Assembly: GCF_964355755.1 (NCBI RefSeq)
Contig: NC_092680.1
Location: 1 to 64,000 of the forward strand
DNA: 64,000 bases
Source: Antedon mediterranea
Taxonomy: Eukaryota > Animalia > Echinodermata
Direction of reading: 5' to 3'
Shown here in pieces: positions 63,633 through 64,000 of the stretch. The translations under genes and the position numbers were made by a program. Under the pieces are notes generated by a model. It saw only the letters and a program-made list of their open reading frames with translations, had not been told where the DNA came from and searched no databases. Within the stretch, counting starts at the first letter, position 1. Each line of letters opens with the position of its first letter.

Positions 63633-64000
63633 CCCTGTTACAACCGCTAATGAAGAAAACGCCAGCTAATGTCGAAACAACCGTTAATGTAGAACAACCC
63701 ACTTTCAGAGGAAAGACTGATAGCTAAGTAAAGATCGATGCATTTGCACATGATTGAGACATTTTTACAAAATATATAACATTTTCTACATTAGCTGGCG
63801 ATAGTAACTACTGTACATAAGCTGGGAGGCAATTTTCGTTACTACATAAGCTGTTGACCGTTTCTACATTAGCTGGTGTTGATTTTTATTTACTACATAA
63901 GCTTTTGGTGTTTCTACATAAGCTGGAGGTTTTACTACATAAGCGCCGCGGTGGGTTGTTCTACATTAACGGTTGTTTCAACATTAGTTGGCGTTTTCTA
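63633..64000. mobile_element. MITE with inverted termini, running off the window
   Basis: agaaaacgccagctaatgtcgaaacaaccgttaatgtagaacaacccac (~63654-63702) is inverted at 63951-63999. Internal ctacataagc/ctacattagc repeats. Confidence 0.7.

Noticed and set aside
63622-63680. Hammerhead-ribozyme-like CTGAAGA...GAAAC
   Set aside because: The GAAAC half belongs to the MITE inverted repeat, and the required stems could not be paired.

Overview
This window is the left end of an animal chromosome. It is AT-rich, has GT-AG introns and many (T)AGGCCT(A) motifs; a marine invertebrate, possibly an echinoderm, is a guess. From the start it contains: a 3.5-kb (CCCTAA)n telomere; a short composite subtelomere (10-bp satellite, head-to-head GTCT/AGAC microsatellite, 3' fragment of a CR1-type LINE); and a 17-coding-exon HAUS6 (augmin subunit 6) gene on the minus strand whose stop lies about 5.9 kb from the telomere. 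Many HAUS6 introns carry unrelated minisatellites and DNA transposons. Next comes a cluster of foldback elements, the largest being a 16,767-bp element (35179-51945). It has a perfect 9-bp target-site duplication and 188-bp identical terminal inverted repeats, and its interior is about 90 copies of a ~183-bp satellite in two opposed arms with different higher-order repeats. After it lie a 4-exon secreted C-type lectin + PAN-like gene with a duplicated, tandemly amplified sugar-binding exon, and a 1542-aa single-exon ORF ending in a Ski/Dach-like domain. Most ORFs in the supplied track are artefacts of tandem repeats. Gene models were spliced by hand, and family assignments come from recalled motifs, not database searches.
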